Assembly (NCBI RefSeq): GCF_964213995.1 | Contig: NC_135830.1 | Location: forward strand, 5,456,001 to 5,520,000 | Direction: 5' to 3' | DNA from: Mustelus asterias | Taxonomy: Eukaryota | DNA: 64,000 nt | Shown: positions 1-11,685 of the stretch, in pieces | Position numbering within the stretch: position 1 is the first letter of the stretch | Layout of the letters: every line of letters starts with the position of its first letter | Notes under the pieces: model-generated | What the model was told of the DNA's origin: nothing | Databases searched by the model: none | The model's input: only the letters and a program-made list of their open reading frames with translations | Made by a program: the position numbers and the translations under genes

Positions 1-73
1 CCCCTTGTCACTCAATGATATTATGATACTGAATCACCCACTATAAACATCGGCGGGGTTACCATTGGCTAAT

Positions 74-912
74 AAGAACATAAGAACATAAGAAATAGGA
101 GCAGGAGTAGGCCATCAAGCCCCTCGAGCCTGCCCCGCCATTCAATAAGACCATGGCTGATCTGATAGTGGTTTAGTTCCACTTACCTGCCCGCTCCCCA
201 TAACCCTTAATTCCCTTATTGATCAGAGATCTATCTACCTGTGACTTCAGCATATTTAACGAGGTAGCCTCCACTGCTTCAATGGGCAGAGAATTCCAGA
301 GATTCACTACCCTCTGAGAGAAGAAGTTGCCCCTCAACTCTGTTCTAAACTGACTCCCCCTTATTTTGAGACTGTGTCCTCTAGTTCTTGTTTCCTTTCT
401 AAGTGGAAAGGATCTCTCTGCCTCTACCCTGTCTAGCCACTTCATTATCTTATATGTCTCTATAAGATCTCCCCTCAGCCTTCTAAACTCCAACGAGTAC
501 AGGCCCAATCTACACAATCTCTCCTCATAAGCTAACCCCCTCATCTCTGGTATCAACCTGGTGAACCTTCTCTGTACTCCCTCCAAAGCCAATATATCCT
601 TCCGCAAATAAGGGAAATAAAATTGCACACAGTACTCTAGTTGCGGCCTCACCAGTACCTTGTACAACTTCAGCAAGACCTCCCTGCTTTTATACTCCAT
701 CCCCTTCGCAATAAAGGCCAACATTCCATTTGCCTTCTTGATCACCTGCTGCACCTGCAAACTGAGTTTTTGCGATTCATGCACAAGGACCCCCAGGTCC
801 CTCTGTACAGTAGCATGTTGTAATTTTTCACCGTATAAATAATAGTCCATTTTACTATTATTCCTTCCAAAGCGGATAACCTCACACTTGTCAACGTTAT
901 ACTCCATCTGCT
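74..912 (-). mobile_element. CR1 LINE, 5'-truncated (RT C-terminus and 3' tail)
   Basis: ORF 173..916 with CR1 ORF2 motifs (KCEVIRFG, RPQLEYCVQF, RLRGDLIETYKI, FFSQRVVNLWNSLP); (TTCTTATG)n tail; empty site at ~17520. Confidence 0.95.
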
Positions 913-919
913 GCATTAT

Positions 920-1530
920 AATCGCTGCATTAACTAGGTATATAAATGCTCCGGCTAGAATATCAGGTCAGCCTGCTTTGAGTAACCCACCTCCTGACTC
1001 CCCAAACCTGTGCACCACCTACACGACACAAGTCAGGAGAGTAAAAGGGTTCTCTCCACTTGCTTGAGTAAGTGCAGCTCAAACAAAATTCAAGAATCTT
1101 CATACCATTCAGGACAAAGCCGCCGGCTGGACTGGCACAGCATTTGCAAATGCTCAGTCCCTCCACCACAGAGAGCAGCATTATGTACCATCTACAAGTT
1201 TCACTTCCGAAACTCACCGAAACTCCTTACGCAACACCTTCCAACCACACGACACCTACCATCTGGAAGGACAGGGGTAACAATTACCAGGGAATATCAC
1301 CTATAAATTCCCCTCCAAGTCAGTCATATACCTGACTTGGAAATATATCGTCCTTCCTTCACTATCGCTGGATCGAAATCCTAGAAGTCCCTCTGCAACA
1401 GCACAGTGTGGGTACCAGCACCACCGGTTCTGCAGCAATTCAAGAAGGTAGCTCACCACCAGCTCACTAAGGGCAATTAGGTATGGGCAACAAATGCTGA
1501 CTGAGCCAGCAACGCACGTATCCATTAAAT
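920..1530 (+). mobile_element. Older L2/CR1-superfamily LINE 3' fragment
   Basis: Same family as 46890-47510; paralog at 17410-18140; continues from 1-73 across the CR1 insert. Confidence 0.7.
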
Positions 1531-4500
1531 TAAAACTTAAACGATTAATGTTTATGAATGGATGATAACTTATGAACAAAATTGTGTAACTTTGTGAATG
1601 GATGGCAATTGGTGAAAATAAATACCAACTTTCTGAACATTTATTACCTTCTCTTTCTCTGCCAGAATATAGGTTCCGTTCCACAGGAGACTCATCATTC
1701 AAAAGCATCACACTATCCGAAGACAAGGTCGACAGAAGAGGCGGCAACATCTGCAGCTGTATCTCAATCATAGCATCATGGGAAAGGCCTTTGATAGGAT
1801 GACAATTTTGTTACTCATCTGCTTGAAGACCGGGATTAACCTGAAGCACAGTGTTGTGTTTGTGTCGGAAGATATACGTATCATAACCATACCTTCCTGA
1901 ATCTAAATAAGACATTCGACACTAGCATCAGAGCAGAGACTACAAGATTTGGGGGAACTAGGCTCTCCAACAAAAATTCCTCGGTCTTATTCATGACACA
2001 GAAAACGACAATATACAACCACAACTAATAGCTTCATGGGCAACACTTGCCGTTGAATCAATCTCTCAAAAATTGCCCATCGAGTCTGCACCGAATCTCT
2101 GACAGAGTATCTGAGCCAAACCCTTTCCCCTACCCATTCCCCATAGCCCCACACATTTACCATGACCAATCCACCTAATCTGAACATCTTTGGATACTAA
2201 GGGGCAATTTAGCATGGCCATTAGAATGTATTCCATACTTATTAGTTGAATTCAAATTCCATCAGCTGCAATGCTCCGATTTAAATCCCTGTCCCCACAT
2301 CATTGTCCTGGGCCTCTGGATCACTGGGCCAATTAAATTGATATTACGTCACCATCTGCGCAAACAATAAATGAATGCCTGTCTTGATGCAGGAATGAAT
2401 GACAGTTGAATGAATGATAGTTGGATGAATGACAGTTGGATGCCTGAGTATTTTGATTGAGGAACCAGTGAATGGATTGATAGATGCATTGTTAAATGGT
2501 ACTGAAAGATGTTGTTCTACATTCCCATATTTGTACTTCACTGGTCCATAAATTGAAACAGCTCCTTTATCCCATTTCTGTCAGTCTAATAACGTCAATA
2601 TTTCGAGAGGTTCTGGGAGAAATCCAACCCTAGTTTCGAGGGAGCTAGCAAGCTGATCCTCACGAAAAGAAGAGGGGATTTTCCTGCAGCACGGATGGTT
2701 CATTTCTCTGCTGATGCTGAATATTCATATCCAAGATCGAAAGAGGGAACATGATTTGGCTGAGGATGGAGGTTTGTAATATTTGAAACATGTGCAGCAA
2801 ATCACTCACCATGCCCTCACCCAAATAAATGAAGGTAACAGGCTGTAAAATAAATAATGTGGCAACAGATATATTGTGAAACTCACTGGATAACTACAAG
2901 TGTTACATTATTTCCCAAAACTGTGTAATAATGAATCGGGATTTAAAGATTCAGTAAAATCATATTTGGTGCAGGTAGTTTAATTTGTATGATTACTTTG
3001 GAAATCATCACACCAGTTATGATTCAGGAGTTTAAAGCGCAGAGTCTGCTGGGTAGCTACTCATGATCCTCGGTCTGTATTCATTCAATTTCCAACTGAA
3101 TTCTGGGACAGATTTTATCCTTGGTGACAAAAAGGTGTCAATAAATGTTAATATCAATAAATTATTCAAAGCAAAGTTGTTTAGAAGGAAATACTGGAAA
3201 CAAACAGAAAATGCTGGAAAATCTCAGCAGGTCTGACAGCATCTGTGGAGACAGAATAGAGCCAACGTTTCGTTTTTGGATGACGCTTCGGCAGAGTATT
3301 CCTGATGCGTTGGAGAGATCATCATTGTTTCTAACAAGGTGTCAGAGAAGCTGCATAACTTTCCTGTGAAATGGGAATAGTTCAAATAGATACTGTTTAA
3401 TTATATGCACTATTTCGAGCCACACACAAGTTGCATCAATTTACATACCGATCCCAAAAATCATCAACTTCTCCATGCTAACTAACCTAATCAACATCTC
3501 AATCGCTAACTATATCCTAATCCCTTTCCACCTCATCATTTCCCAATGTCATCACTCTCTTCAATTTCCCCCAAATAAAAAAAAAGGGTCATCCCGACTC
3601 GAAACTTTGACTCTGTTCTCTTTCCACAGATGCGATCAGACCTGTGGAGATTTTCGGAATTTATTGCTTTTGTTTCAGTTTCTAGAATCCGCAGTATTTT
3701 CCATTTATCAGAATGCTGAATATAATTGGTGAAATAATTGTTTATCTATATGAATTGATGTTAATTGGTGAATTAGAACAACCCCGCCTGGATATTCCCC
3801 TCCAAGACGCTTATAAACCTGACTTGGACATATATTACCGCTCCTTTACTGTCGCTGGGTCGGAATCCAGGAGAACCCTTCCTAACAGCACTGTGGGTGT
3901 ACCTACACTGCAGATTGTGCAGCGGTTCAAGAAGACGGCTAACCATCAGCTTACCGAATGCAATTAGCAATGTGAAATAAATTATAGCTTAGACAGTCGC
4001 CCACCTTCCATCAAGTAATTTTAAATAGACTAACCTTTGTGAATGAATGAGAATTGGTGAATGCATTTATTAAATTGCGAATGGATGGTCATTGGTGAAA
4101 ATAATTACTATCTTTCTGAACATTTATGACATTCTCCTTATTTGCTGGAAGATTTGAGGTTTGTAGTTTATTTATTAATGTCACAATGGGAATCAGGGGG
4201 AACAGAGTCCACTGCCTGAGTCACGCTGAGCACAAAGGAAGATGGTTGTTGATGGTCAATCATGCCAGTCACACGCATTGCTGCAGGATTTCTTCAGGTA
4301 GTGACCTAGCCCCAAGCTTCATCCTTCATCAAAGTTCAGAAGTGGGATTTTCACAGGTGATTGCACAAAGTTCCGCACCAGTTGTGACTCCTCAGTTACT
4401 GACACAGTCTGTGCCCATATGCAGTAAGAGTTAGAAAACATTCAGTCATTGGATAATGAATGACAAGGAACATTCATGCACCACAAGTGGCAGGCAATGA

Positions 4501-5454
4501 CAGTCTCCAATGAGGGAGATTCCAAACCACTCCCCATGACATTAAATGGCATTGCCCATCGCTGAATTCGCCCACTATCAACATCCTGGGAATTATAATT
4601 CGTGAAAATCTGAACGGAGACAGACGTTTAAATCATGTGGCCACAGGAGCAGGTCAGACGCTCGGAGTTCTGCAGTGAACAACGCACCTCCTGAATTCCC
4701 AACTCCTATCCATCATCTACAAGGCAAAAGGCAGGAGTATGAACAAATATCACAGAACAGTAAAGCACAGGAACAGGCCCTTCGGCCCACCAAATATGTG
4801 CCGACACAAATGATTGAATATTCTCTACTTGCCTGACTTGTGCCACTCAAAAACTCAATGTCATTCTGGAGAAAGTAGCTGGCTCGAAGAACACCCCACC
4901 CACCAGCTTCCCAAAGCCTGCCGCCATATTCTCAAAGGAAATCATGGTTTGACAACAAAAGCTGACTTTCCCAGTGACATCAAATCACATGAAACAATTT
5001 TAAACATACCATATCTCTGCCTATATTCAGCTAGCTTCTGCGTCTGTCTATATTACAGTAGGCTGCGCCTGGATCACATTCCAGGAGGTCATGTCTAAGC
5101 TATTTCCTACACTTGGCTCAATATCAGGTGTTCATATATGAGACACAGGCCCTGTTTATATTATAATTTCTAAGTTATGGCTGTACTGAGCCATGCTTCT
5201 GCTGATCCGACAAGAGGCCGTGTCTCAATTCTTACTGCCTCAGAACATTTGCCACTGCATATTAAACTGGAGCAACTGCTTCATGCATGACACATGGTTC
5301 TGTCACAGATATTATGCTAAGAGTTCATTAGATTTTGATAAACTCGATCCTGTTTACGTTAATGCTGCACCAGTCCATGTGTTTATTTATTTAAGACTAT
5401 GTCACGTCTCAGCTATAATTGCATTTTGCAATACCTCCTAATTGCTGCATTGTC

Positions 5455-5760
5455 CGTATCTCAGTGTGTATCAGTCTAGGCCCTGTACCAGTAATTATTA
5501 CAAATAAACTGGGCTCTGTCTCAGTTTACATCAGTCTAGGTGCTGTATCAGTAATCATTACTAATACACTGGACTCTGTCTCAGTTTACATCAGTCTAGG
5601 TGCTGTATCAGTAATCATTACTAATACACTGGACTCTGTCTCAGTTTACATCAGTCTAGGTACTGTATCAGTAATCATTACTAATACATTGGACTCTGTC
5701 TCAGTTTACATCTGTCACTGTCCTGTATCTATTAGTAATTATTATTAATGCACTTGACTC
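5455..5760 (+). repeat. 60-bp minisatellite
   Basis: Unit tcagtttacatcagtctaggtgctgtatcagtaatcattactaatacactggactctgtc, about 5 copies, three nearly identical; more diverged paralog at 24520-24800. Confidence 0.92.
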
Positions 5761-6879
5761 CGTCTCAGTCTAAAGAAATTTAGGTCCAGTATCATTAATT
5801 ACTGGGCTCTGTCTCAGTTTATATGCACAAGCTCCTATGTGCAGTAAAACCGCACTAGACACTGTCTCAGTTTTATTTTCCTCGACATTGTCATATATCT
5901 TTGAAATGTTTGTTTCATGGGATGTGGGTGTCACTGAAAAGATCAGCATTTGGCCTTTGAACATCCCCACATGGCACTCGGAACGAACCCATTTCTATTT
6001 TGCTGGATCAGGACCCCGTTTATGTTAAATTAGAGTCTGTCTCTGTTAATACACTGCTAGACTAGAAATCAGTTTATATTGCACTAGCCACACTCTCTGG
6101 TTAAGTAATATTTGATCCTGACCCTGTACATATTTCACTAGACTGTGTTAGTGTTATGCCTGCACTTAACTTTGCCTCTATTTGAATTATGTCTGCATTT
6201 CTCCGCGGTTCTCGAGAAGAAGAGATATTATGTTGGATGAAAAACAGTGGTCTCTGGCAGGATTCTGAAACAGGCAGTGTTGGATCGACAGTATTTGGTC
6301 GGTGTGGGCTTCCAGTGCTGAAGGACCTGTGCCTCTGCAGTAACTTTTCTTGTTCTTTGTTCTGTGTTGACAGTGCATGCTATACAGGTCTTAGTATCCA
6401 TTTTCAATGCAGTCAGCAGAAGTAGATTTCAGATAACACTGCTTCTTTTCCAGTGCCCAAGACCTCATAGCATTCCATGTTCAGGAGGATGCAGAGAATT
6501 GTGTCCCCCTAAACACTTTCCTCATTACTGGCATTGTCCAGTGCAGTAAAAACTGAGACCATGTCCAATTCAATATAAACGTGGATAAGGTCAAGTGCAG
6601 GAATAAGACTCCATCTATTTTAATACAAACAGACAGGTCTAAATTAATACAAACTGACACCGCGTCTAGTTTGAAATAAACTGAAACATGGTGATGCATA
6701 ATACAAACAGGGACAAGGTCTAATTTAGTATAGTTAGAGAAAGCATCTGGTTTAATATGTGTAGAGATAGGGTCTAGTGCAACATAAACCGAGGTATGAC
6801 CTTATATAATAGAAGCTGATGCAGGGTAAATTTACTGTCTAATAAAGAGACTGGTTCAACCCCCATGAAATGTGGAGAG

Positions 6880-7510
6880 ACGGCCTACTGCCCCATCAAA
6901 AATTCACAGGACAGGAGTAACAAGGGGTTAGCTGTTAAGTTCCCCCATGCATTGCCAAATTTAACACTCCCAAGGCAGGAATAGCATGATTTAGATACAA
7001 AGTGAACCTCCCTCTCACTATCAAAATCAAACATTCCTGGAAAAGGTAGATTGTCTAGAAACAGAGTGAAACTCCCTCTACAAAGTCTGCTCAAACACAA
7101 TAAAGACATACAGACCAGGGACTCTCTTCTCGGTAAAACCACTTCTGCATTTTTCCTTCAGAGAATCGGGAGGCAAGTTTGAATTGGTGTTCGGTAGAGG
7201 GGGAAGATCCCTCGGCACAGTCTCATAAAATACACTCAGGTTAGGTACAGCAGAGATTAGATACGGATTAAATATCCCTCTACAAGTAATATCAAACATT
7301 CAAAGGGCAGGTACGTGAGTTTAGATGCAGAGTAAATATTCCTCTACACTGTCCAGTCAAACAGTCCAAGGGCAGGGATAAATACAGGGAAAATTTATTT
7401 GGTGCTGCCACATCGAATCCTTGTTACGAGGTACAACACAGGTTCGATACAGAGGAAAATGTATAAAATATCCCAAGATCATAGAATGCTCAAGAGATCT
7501 TTTAGAGTAA
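6880..7510 (+). repeat. Degenerate ~60-70-bp tandem repeat
   Basis: Recurrent aaacactcc(c)aaggcagg..tagcatg..ttagatacagagtaaa..tccctctaca units; paralog at 25790-26080. Confidence 0.7.
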
Positions 7511-7829
7511 ATCTCCCTCATGGATTCCAATTCATTGCGTTGCATTCCTTACTACTCTGGCTGAGAGAATACATTGGGCAACATTGAATTCAGGTTGTGG
7601 AGGGAAGACGATGAACTATCGTGAAGAGACAAGACACAGAATCAGAAGGAGAAAGACAGAGAGAGAGAGATGAAACACAGGGAATTTCCACGAACACATT
7701 TGCCGTTTTATCATATTTCGGGATCAGAGGGATTCTTTCCTAATTCTGAATATAGATATTGTCATGATTTTTTCCTCGTATAATTGATGAATAACTAATG
7801 TATAAAAACAATCATTTCTGGAATCCGTT

Positions 7830-8035
7830 GATCGATTTGCATGTTTGTCTTATTTCTGTGCTGTGTTGGTGGGGAAATATTTGTTGTGTTTTTGTCAGTC
7901 AACAGTCTAATCTGGGATTTCTATTTCTGTGTTTATTTACATAAATACCTCACTGTTTACAATGAAATGTTCATGGCAGCAAAAACAGATAAACCGTCAT
8001 TTATTCATTAGTTTCAACTCAAAATAGCGGTTATT
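7830..8035. promoter_or_regulatory. Candidate conserved enhancer with octamer motif (copy A)
   Basis: ATTTGCAT at 7835-7842; roughly 14 differences over ~200 bp from 27300-27505 by manual alignment, clearly more similar than the flanking duplicated DNA; frame-breaking indels argue non-coding. Confidence 0.45.
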
Positions 8036-9065
8036 TTAAGAATATTAACAGTTGGTTCAAAAGGAATAGAAATCTTTTTTAACATACATTACACCAGATG
8101 CTATTTAATTAAATGAATAAATACATTCTATTTAAGAATTTGTCCTGAAAGTTCTGATGTCACAATAAATAAAGTATCTGTGAACAGGCTGGTATTCCAC
8201 TGAATGTTAATTTGATTGATGATCTAAATTGCTTCAACTAGACAAGTTAAAACAAAGAGAACTGATGCGTGAAATATTCCTGTCATAATTCCTCACACGA
8301 GGGAAGAATAAAAAATCCAGTGTGGTTATCACTAAGTGACACAAGTAGCATTGCTGCCTCACAGTGACAGGGAAGCGGGTTCGATTCCAACCTTGGGTGA
8401 CTGTGTGGTTTTTCACATTCGACCATGTCCATGTGAGTTTCCTCCGATGCTCCGGTTTCCTTCCACAGTCCAAGGATGTACGGCTAGGTGGATTGGTATG
8501 ATAAATTGCTCCTTTGAGTCCAAGGATGAGCAACGTAGAATCACAGAGTCCCTACAGTGCAGAAGGAGACCATTCGGTCCATCAAGTCTGCACTAGCTGT
8601 CCAGCAGGGCATCATTCCCAGGCCCAAGGTGGATTGGCGATTCTAAATTGCCCCTTAGTGTCCAACGATGTGTAGGTTAGAGACATTAGCCGCTGAATAT
8701 GTCTGGTTGTCGGGGTAGGGTGAAGATAGGATGCTCTGCTGGAGAGCAGCTGCAGACTTGAGGGATCGAATGGCCTCCTACTGCACTGGATTCTATGATT
8801 TTATGCTGCTATGATCAGGCAGAGGAATGAATATATTCGCATTAATCTCTAGCACTTCCAAAGTATTACAACTTTCATTTTGGTAGAGCTTACATTTATA
8901 CAACACTTTACCCGACTTCATGTAGTCCCAAAGATCTTAAAACTTACTGATGTACCTTTGCTGAATTTAGTCACTGCTATCATGGTGCAAATACAACAGG
9001 TAATGTACTGCAGCAAACTCCCACAAACCGAGATGTGATAAATTGCCAGTAAATTTGTGATTTTA

Positions 9066-9661
9066 AGACCATAAGACATAGGAGCGGAAGTAAGGCCATT
9101 CGGCCCATCGAGTCCACTCCACCATTCAATCATGGTTGATTTCAACTCCATTTACCCGCTCTCTCCCCATAGCCCTTAATTCCTCGAGAAATCAAGAATT
9201 TATCAATTTCTGTCTTGAAGACGCTCAACGTCTCGGCCTCCACAGCCCTCTGTGGCAATGAATTCCACAGACCCACCACTCTCTGGCTGAAGAAATTTCT
9301 CCTCATCTCTGTTCTAAAGTGACTCCCTTTTATTCTAAGGCTGTGCCCCCGCGTCCTAGTCTCCCCTGTTAATGGAAACAACTTCCCTACGTCCATCCTA
9401 TCTAAGCCGTTCATTATCTTGTAAGTTTCTATCAGATCTCCCCTCAACCTCCTAAACTCCAATGAATATAATCCCACGATCCTCAGACGTTCATCGTATG
9501 TCAGGCCTACCATTCCTGGGATCATCCGTGTGAATCTCCGCTGGACCCGCTCCAGTGCCAGTATGTCCTTCCTGAGGTGTGGGGCCCAAAATTGCTCACA
9601 ATACTCCAAATGGGGCCTAACCAGTGCTTTATAAAGCCTCAGAAGTACATCCCTGCTTTTG
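9066..9661 (-). mobile_element. CR1 LINE 3' fragment
   Basis: ORF 9142..9609 CR1 RT C-terminus; empty site at ~27990. Confidence 0.93.
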
Positions 9662-10098
9662 TTTGAAGAATCAGTATTAAGGTAGGATATTGGGGAGATC
9701 AGCCTTGCTCTTTAGAATTATATCAATGAGATTTTGCATCCCGGCATTGATTTTAAATGTGAATCTGGTTCTCTCTCTGCTGATGCATACTGATCTGCTG
9801 AGTAGCATTTGTGTTGCTTTAGTTTTAGATTTCCAGAATCGGCAGCACTTTACACTGTTGTTATTGATCCTCCGGATGTGATCATCACTGACAAAGCCAA
9901 CATTTAGTTGTCCCTGCTGAGAAGGCGGTTGTGAACCACCTTGTTGAAACCTGCCCTCGGGATGATTTTATTATTTGTTTTTCCATAGCATCTTTGATAC
10001 AACTGACTGGCCTGCCCGGCAATTTCAGTCGTGGTTAGGAGTCATTTTCATCATAGGAGAATTGGAGTCTGTGTAGAACAGACAGGGTAAAGATAGAA

Positions 10099-10597
10099 AT
10101 CTTCGGTTTTCAGTTATTTCCAAAGAGAAGATGTCGTTTGAAGTATAAAAGCAAATTACTGCGGATTCTGCAATTGAAACCAAAAGAGAAAATGCTGGAA
10201 ATCTCAGCAGGCCTGGCAATATCTGTGAGGAGAGAAAATAGCTGACATTTCGAATGTTTTGACAAAGGGTAATCTGGAATCGAAAAGTCAGTTCTTCCCT
10301 CTCCTTACAGGTGCTGCCAGACTTGCTGAGATTTTCCAGCATTTTCTCTTTCCGTTGTTTGAAGTGCATTTGGGCGGAGTAAATTGATTCTGAATCCCTG
10401 GGGGGGAGGAATTGTAGGTTGACCCAAGACTATCGTACTGAAGAAGACACTGTAAACACTGTTCAGGGACCTGTCGGACCCGGAACATCCAGATACTGCT
10501 AATATTGGACGCGTTGGCTTTGCAGTCAGTCTCAAAGAGTTTCAGGGACGCCCAGTTTCTGCCTCTCGCTGACTCAGCACAACCTCCGATTCCACAC
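10099..10597 (-). pseudogene. IGHV: Immunoglobulin heavy-chain variable (shark IgM/IgW-type VH) pseudogene, V exon
   Basis: Minus-strand translation (G)VESEVVLSQREAETGRP*NSLRL[frameshift]CKANASNISSIWMFRVRQVPEQCLQCLLQYDSLGSTYNSSPPGIQNQFTPPKCTSNN, resuming after an insertion as TSNDIFSLEI/LKTED. Matches the shark VH framework pattern (VVLTQPEAETG.PGGSLRLTCK...WM.WVRQVPGQGLEWL...I..RFT.SKDTSNNIF.LE...LK.ED). In-frame stop, frameshifts, acceptor mutated to CAA, YYC and RSS missing. Confidence 0.85.
10145..10353. mobile_element. Palindromic (MITE-like / Penelope-terminus-like) insertion within VH FR3
   Basis: Inverted arms aaagagaaaatgctggaaatctcagcagg...cttgctgagattttccagcattttctcttt; flanked by a 12-bp direct repeat gtcgtttgaagt (10133-10144) / gttgtttgaagt (10354-10365). 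Related sequence at ~3200-3700, 9750-9850, 46760-46870, 56740-56820. Confidence 0.7.
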
Positions 10598-10639
10598 TTG
10601 TAAAAATATCTAAAAGCCGATGAAAATAAAACGCCACGC

Positions 10640-10940
10640 ACTCCAGACATACTCTGTCACCTTTTTCCATCGGGATCAAGATACAAAAGTCTGAGGGCAC
10701 GTATAAACCGACTCAAAAACAATGTATTTCCTGCTGCAATAAGGCGTTTGAATGGACCTACGTCGCATTAAGTTCATCTTTCTCTACACCCCAGCTATGA
10801 GTGCAAAATTACATTATTCACTCTCTCCCTTCCTTCCCTATATACGTTATGCTCTGACTGTATAGTGCGCAAGAAACAATAATTTGCACTGTGTACTAAT
10901 ATATGCGATAATAATAAGTCAAATGAAATCAAATAAAATG
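10640..10940 (+). mobile_element. Rex1/Babar-like LINE 3' end inserted in the VH leader intron
   Basis: Homologous to 48060-48360, ending in an aataa/aaatc tail. Confidence 0.7.
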
Positions 10941-10994
10941 TATCAAAAACACCAAGGATTATTCCTGGTGAATTGATTGCTGACAATGGAACAT

Positions 10995-11043
10995 TCCAGA
11001 GACAGACTAACACCGAGGGAGTGACAGTGAGATCCATTGTCAT
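10995..11043 (-). pseudogene. Probable decayed leader exon of the VH pseudogene
   Basis: ATG-initiated hydrophobic stretch MTMDLTVTPSVLVCLW lies ~100 bp upstream of the V exon once the Rex1-like insert (10640-10940) is removed; no intact GT donor at the expected position. Confidence 0.4.
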
Positions 11044-11354
11044 GTCTCTGCTAATCCAAGAGGTGAAATTGCATTTGAGCATCTGTTACAGAAAAGAAAC
11101 AATTTCAGTGTAAATTAAGTGCCTTTATTTCTGCACCTCTTCACAAGGGAATGGACATAAACAGATGACATTACATTATCAGGGTAAAGCCGTCAGTCTG
11201 ATTTGCAATAATTCTGTATCTCTGACATATTACAGCGAAATATGATTCATTAGAAGAATTAATATCGATTTATGTAACTTCATGCTGGGATGATTGTGTT
11301 TCAGGTGTGGATAGCTATCACTGTAATTTGGGACTGGATATAAGAAGAAGGGAA

Positions 11355-11685
11355 GCAGTGACCCAGCGTTATTATCGCGAGACAATTAATCCACAAACTC
11401 AACTAATGTTCTCAGGACCCGGCTTCGAATCCCGCCACGGCAGATGATGGAATTTAAGTTCAGTAAAAACGTCTGGAATTAAGAATCTACTTATGACCAT
11501 GATATCATTGTCGATTGTGTAAAAACCTATCTGGTTCATTAATGTCATTTAGAGCAGGAAATATGCCGTCCTTACCTCATCTAACCTACTTGTGATTGCA
11601 GAGCCACAGCAATGTGTTTAGCTCTCAACTGCCCTCGACAGTGGGTGGGCAATAAATGCTGATCAGCCAGCGGCACCCATGTCCA
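11355..11685 (+). mobile_element. tRNA-derived Deu-domain-like SINE (SacSINE1-like)
   Basis: B-box-like ggcttcgaatcccgccacggcagatg, central atctggttcattaatgtc..aggaaa..gccgtccttacc, tail gggcaataaatgctg; minus copies at 13200-13550, 28430-28735, 54810-55020. Confidence 0.6.

Larger units (their letters stand above)
2220..10095 (+). repeat. Segmental duplication copy (paralogous to 13420-28420 with an internal deletion)
   Basis: Collinear matches: 2220-2590 with 13420-13750; 2720-3150 with 16450-17300; 3790-4150 with 17915-18280; 4180-10095 with 21500-28420. Confidence 0.85.

Noticed and set aside
5455-5760. Regular repeat resembling a CRISPR array or repeat protein (ORF 5419..5748)
   Set aside because: Head-to-tail 60-bp units with no unique spacers in a vertebrate context; the ORF is a by-product of a stop-free unit of length divisible by three.
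6560-7510. Repeats between the candidate enhancer and C-like block as a class-switch region
   Set aside because: Not G-rich or AGCT-dense; looks like ordinary dispersed shark minisatellite.
7876-7925. GTTTTTGT nonamer-like motif in the conserved element, suggesting a J/D RSS
   Set aside because: No CACTGTG-like heptamer 12 or 23 bp away and no FGxG/WGxG J motif.
11200-11208. ATTTGCAA upstream of the VH leader as a promoter octamer
   Set aside because: One mismatch in AT-rich DNA; not distinguishable from chance.
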